Virus record (IMG/VR): IMGVR_UViG_3300015186_000011
Coordinates: 1-26,051 of that record
DNA length: 26,051 nucleotides
Direction: 5' to 3' (one strand)
Source of the DNA: a virus
Lineage: Duplodnaviria > Heunggongvirae > Uroviricota > Caudoviricetes
The translations under genes were made by a program, and so were the position numbers. Under the pieces are notes generated by a model, which was not told the DNA's origin, searched no databases, and worked only from the letters and a program-made list of their open reading frames with translations. This document shows, one piece after another, positions 23,817 through 26,051 of the stretch (the stretch's first letter is position 1; each line of letters starts with the position of its first letter).

Positions 23817-24409
23817 TGATTACCATCCTGACGTTCTTTGAGTCGCTTCCTGGCTGCCGCTATGCGATCAGCAATTGTCACATTCACATTAACATCCAGG
23901 CGTTCTTTGAATGCGTTGACGTCGACGTGCTTACCAATCAGTTCGAGGTTCTTCACCTTGTCAGGCCATTTAATTTTTTTGAGGATTGTCTCTATCGAAT
24001 CCTCGTTCATGTTCATGATGGTCGATGACAGATCAAAGCCACTAAGCGTAGTGCGCCAGATTTTCGGCCACTCGCGGATTGGCTTAAGGCTCCCATCGTC
24101 GTTGAGGATATCAATCACGTCCATCTGGTCGATCTCCACCAGGCGCATGAGAACGTAATCGGCACTGACGCGCATTCGTTTGTTGCGCTCCTCCATCAAC
24201 TCGGCAATCCGTTTTTGAATGCGTTCATCGCGCATCATGACACTGGCTTTAACTGCCGCTGTATTTGGGGAGAATCCTGCGTTAATCGCTGCCTGAGTCT
24301 GGTTTTCAGGCGTTTTGATGTATGACTGGCAATAAGCCTCCTGCATTGCGGTTAGTGGCTTAAATTGCGTTGATTTGCGTTTATAGGTTTTAGGTTCAGC
24401 AGGCATCAT
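23813..24409 (-). CDS. Terminase small subunit (~198 aa, Terminase_2-like)
   Basis: Probable start is the ATG pair MMPAEP.. at 24409 with a GGTGG RBS (track ORF extends to 24487). AINAGFSPNTAAVKASVMMRDERIQKRIAEL resembles the small-terminase HTH region. Stop overlaps the large subunit start. Confidence 0.7.
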   Translation of the reverse strand: MMPAEPKTYKRKSTQFKPLTAMQEAYCQSYIKTPENQTQAAINAGFSPNTAAVKASVMMRDERIQKRIAELMEERNKRMRVSADYVLMRLVEIDQMDVIDILNDDGSLKPIREWPKIWRTTLSGFDLSSTIMNMNEDSIETILKKIKWPDKVKNLELIGKHVDVNAFKERLDVNVNVTIADRIAAARKRLKERQDGNQ

Positions 24410-24451
24410 AACCACCCTGGTAATTGTTACCGTTGTGGTAATAGTACCATG

Positions 24452-24478
24452 CAAAATAAAGCCGCCATAGTTGGCGGC
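24452..24478 (-). terminator. Rho-independent terminator upstream of the terminase genes (tR'-like position)
   Basis: Minus strand GCCGCCA-acta-TGGCGGC followed by TTTATTTTG, between the 115-aa zinc-ribbon gene and the small terminase gene. Confidence 0.65.
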
Positions 24479-24518
24479 AGTATTCAAAACCCATCAAATT
24501 CATCATGCATAATCTACT

Positions 24519-24532
24519 CGTGACATGTCACA
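24519..24532. promoter_or_regulatory. Copy 3 of the 14-bp palindromic motif CGTGACATGTCACA, overlapping the stop codon of the zinc-ribbon gene
   Basis: Exact 14-mer; each half contains GTGACA, a 5/6 match to the -35 hexamer TTGACA, in both orientations. Confidence 0.6.
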
Positions 24533-24875
24533 CTATTAATTTAGTTTCATGCCAGCCTTTAGTCACCCAGCATTGCGAGTCACCATTACACGGGCATGAA
24601 TTAACGGGAACTTTCTCGCCGCACTTACCGCAACGTTTTCTGCTAATCGATTTTATACGCCCGCGCACGCGTGCATCATCCTGGCGGATCAGTAACGCTA
24701 TATACTCCCCAAATTCGTAAGGCGCACGCCCGGGGCGACGCGTGGCACAGTTACGCTCCAGCATTTCCTGCTCCTGCTTATCCAGCACCAGTTCAATTTT
24801 GCGCTCACCGGCGGCGGACTGCCGAGCGCGCTGCGCGGCTTTGCGTTCTGCGGGGGATTTAGCCACGAATCGCAC
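24528..24875 (-). CDS. Hypothetical basic protein with a C-terminal zinc-ribbon motif (115 aa from a GTG start; alternatively 78 aa from an internal ATG with AGGAG RBS)
   Basis: C-terminal CGKCGEKVPVNSCPCNGDSQC four-cysteine cluster; Arg/Lys-rich N-terminus. Last gene before the terminator and terminase genes, the position a late-gene regulator would occupy. Function is speculative. Confidence 0.45.
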   Translation of the reverse strand: MRFVAKSPAERKAAQRARQSAAGERKIELVLDKQEQEMLERNCATRRPGRAPYEFGEYIALLIRQDDARVRGRIKSISRKRCGKCGEKVPVNSCPCNGDSQCWVTKGWHETKLIV

Positions 24876-24981
24876 TCCACGCCAGATTGATTAATGACTC
24901 CCAGGTAATATAAACCCGGATACCAGCAGCCAGGCCGAAACCAATCACCATGGCATAAAGCAGAGCGTTGCACTTGTTCAT
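24859..24981 (-). CDS. Small hydrophobic peptide (40 aa), translationally coupled to the upstream Ead-like gene
   Basis: ATG at 24981 overlaps the upstream TGA (TGATG) and is preceded by a near-consensus AGGAGGTGA. Product MNKCNALLYAMVIGFGLAAGIRVYITWESLINLAWSAIRG is a single TM-like helix. Not in the ORF track because it is under 60 aa. Confidence 0.4.
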   Translation of the reverse strand: MNKCNALLYAMVIGFGLAAGIRVYITWESLINLAWSAIRG

Positions 24982-25907
24982 CACTTCACCTCCTGCGGCG
25001 GTTCTGGTAGCGGCATCCAGTGAGTTACGTCATCCAAGATATTTCCTGATAAATACGTGAAAGCTCTATATTTTTTGTAATCAATTGGATTTACAACCCA
25101 GTTCCAATATGCGGCCACGATTTCACCTTGACTAAATGCCAGTAACATTTTGGTGTCTTCCGGCATTCGATCACTACAGCTTATCCAACCATCCGGAGTT
25201 GCCGGAGTTGGTCCATCGAATTCGGGCATGTCAGGACCTTTTCTGATAGCTTTAGCCACCTCCAGCGGGTCATCGTAAAGCCAGTCGCCAGTTTGTGGGT
25301 GATTTGCTTCTGCAAGCTGCGCAGCCCATTCAAGACCATCTTTTTGACCTTGGAGATAATCAAGCGGCAACTCTTCATGATTACTTGCAGGTTCGGCACT
25401 ATGAAGCATGGCAGCGTGGCAGGCATCCTCTACGCCTTTAACTGCATCTGCGCAGTAGTTATAGCGATTGCATTCCACTAACTTCTGCTTGAGATTTTCA
25501 ATTGCTTGCGCGACATCATCCTGTATTTCCGGAACTGGCGGAACGGCTGTCTGCTGCTCTCGAACGTCATTAGTCGCTATCGGTTCTGCTGCCAACTGAC
25601 TGGCATATTTGTTAATGGTAACGATAAGCTCTTGCTCGGCCTCATCCAGACAATCACCGATACCTCGCCTGTCACCGTCAAAATCATCGAAATCGGCACG
25701 AATCTTGGCAACCTCCCGGATTGCGGACAACACTTCACCAGGAATAAGCCGAGAGTTGCCAGATAGTGCATTCTGCTCCAGCGATGCCAGAGCAATTCGT
25801 GCCAGTTCTTCCGCTTCTTCTGCTGGCAGTACAACGTTGCTACCAGGTCCGTATGTTTCGCGCCACTGCTGGATTGTCAGCAGGCGTTCTTTGGTAATAG
25901 TGATCAT
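24981..25907 (-). CDS. Ead/Ea22-like protein with C-terminal DUF551 domain (308 aa)
   Basis: C-terminal WISCSDRMPE...YWNW...VTHWMPLPEPP matches the DUF551 pattern common in lambdoid early regions; acidic central region; AAGGA RBS. Confidence 0.65.
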   Translation of the reverse strand: MITITKERLLTIQQWRETYGPGSNVVLPAEEAEELARIALASLEQNALSGNSRLIPGEVLSAIREVAKIRADFDDFDGDRRGIGDCLDEAEQELIVTINKYASQLAAEPIATNDVREQQTAVPPVPEIQDDVAQAIENLKQKLVECNRYNYCADAVKGVEDACHAAMLHSAEPASNHEELPLDYLQGQKDGLEWAAQLAEANHPQTGDWLYDDPLEVAKAIRKGPDMPEFDGPTPATPDGWISCSDRMPEDTKMLLAFSQGEIVAAYWNWVVNPIDYKKYRAFTYLSGNILDDVTHWMPLPEPPQEVK

Positions 25908-26050
25908 GCTGCGTTTCCTTCTTTCTTATTAACAATTACACCGTCATATATTTCATTAAGGTGCCCTCTCAACTCCATGCGCCTTAATGCAGATAACATG
26001 TAATCGCATTCAACCTGCTTATTTCCAGTAAATGGCTTATCGTCAGGATT
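25904..26050 (-). CDS. Hypothetical protein, 3' end only (start lies beyond the window end)
   Basis: Open minus-strand frame from the window edge ending in a TGA that overlaps the ATG of the Ead-like gene (ATGA coupling). Confidence 0.35.
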   Translation of the reverse strand, partial: NPDDKPFTGNKQVECDYMLSALRRMELRGHLNEIYDGVIVNKKEGNAA

Positions 26051-26051
26051 A

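Noticed and set aside
24698-24973. 91-aa minus-strand ORF from the track
   Set aside because: A different frame over the same DNA encodes a 40-aa hydrophobic peptide with a near-consensus AGGAGGTGA RBS and stop/start coupling; the 91-aa frame lacks an RBS and overlaps the next gene.
1-26051. CRISPR array, insertion sequence or integrase
   Set aside because: I saw no regular repeat-spacer periodicity, no terminal inverted repeats flanking a transposase-like ORF, and no integrase-like ORF; the att site and integrase presumably lie outside this window.

Overview
The window reads as one contiguous segment of a temperate prophage, almost entirely minus-strand, with several small plus-strand accessory cassettes inserted between modules. 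Running from high to low coordinates on the minus strand: an Ead/Ea22-like DUF551 protein, a coupled 40-aa peptide, a zinc-ribbon protein, terminase small and large subunits, then a plus-strand insert (tRNA-Arg anticodon UCU, two terminators, a Gp49/Sf6-gp66-like gene), then portal, scaffold, major capsid, three small structural genes, and a T7-like series of tail-tubular and internal-virion proteins (202, 821, 154, 181, 906, 1004 aa) with stop/start overlaps at every junction. Next comes a P22 immI-like immunity region: a plus-strand Mnt-like gene with an AT-rich membrane-protein moron, divergent overlapping promoters, arc, a sar-like antisense RNA, and ant. Beyond it lie a plus-strand three-gene cassette bracketed by a ~260-bp inverted repeat, a second (BRO-N) antirepressor, a small standalone antirepressor-C-domain gene directly behind a perfect LexA box, and a tailspike running off the left edge. 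The observations most worth follow-up are the LexA-controlled mini-antirepressor sharing a C-terminal domain with two larger antirepressors, a 14-bp perfect palindrome (CGTGACATGTCACA) present three times at module junctions, a conserved bipartite element upstream of both the tailspike and portal operons, and the two accessory cassettes of unknown function. All calls rest on reading the sequence and recalled protein-family signatures; no database search was run.
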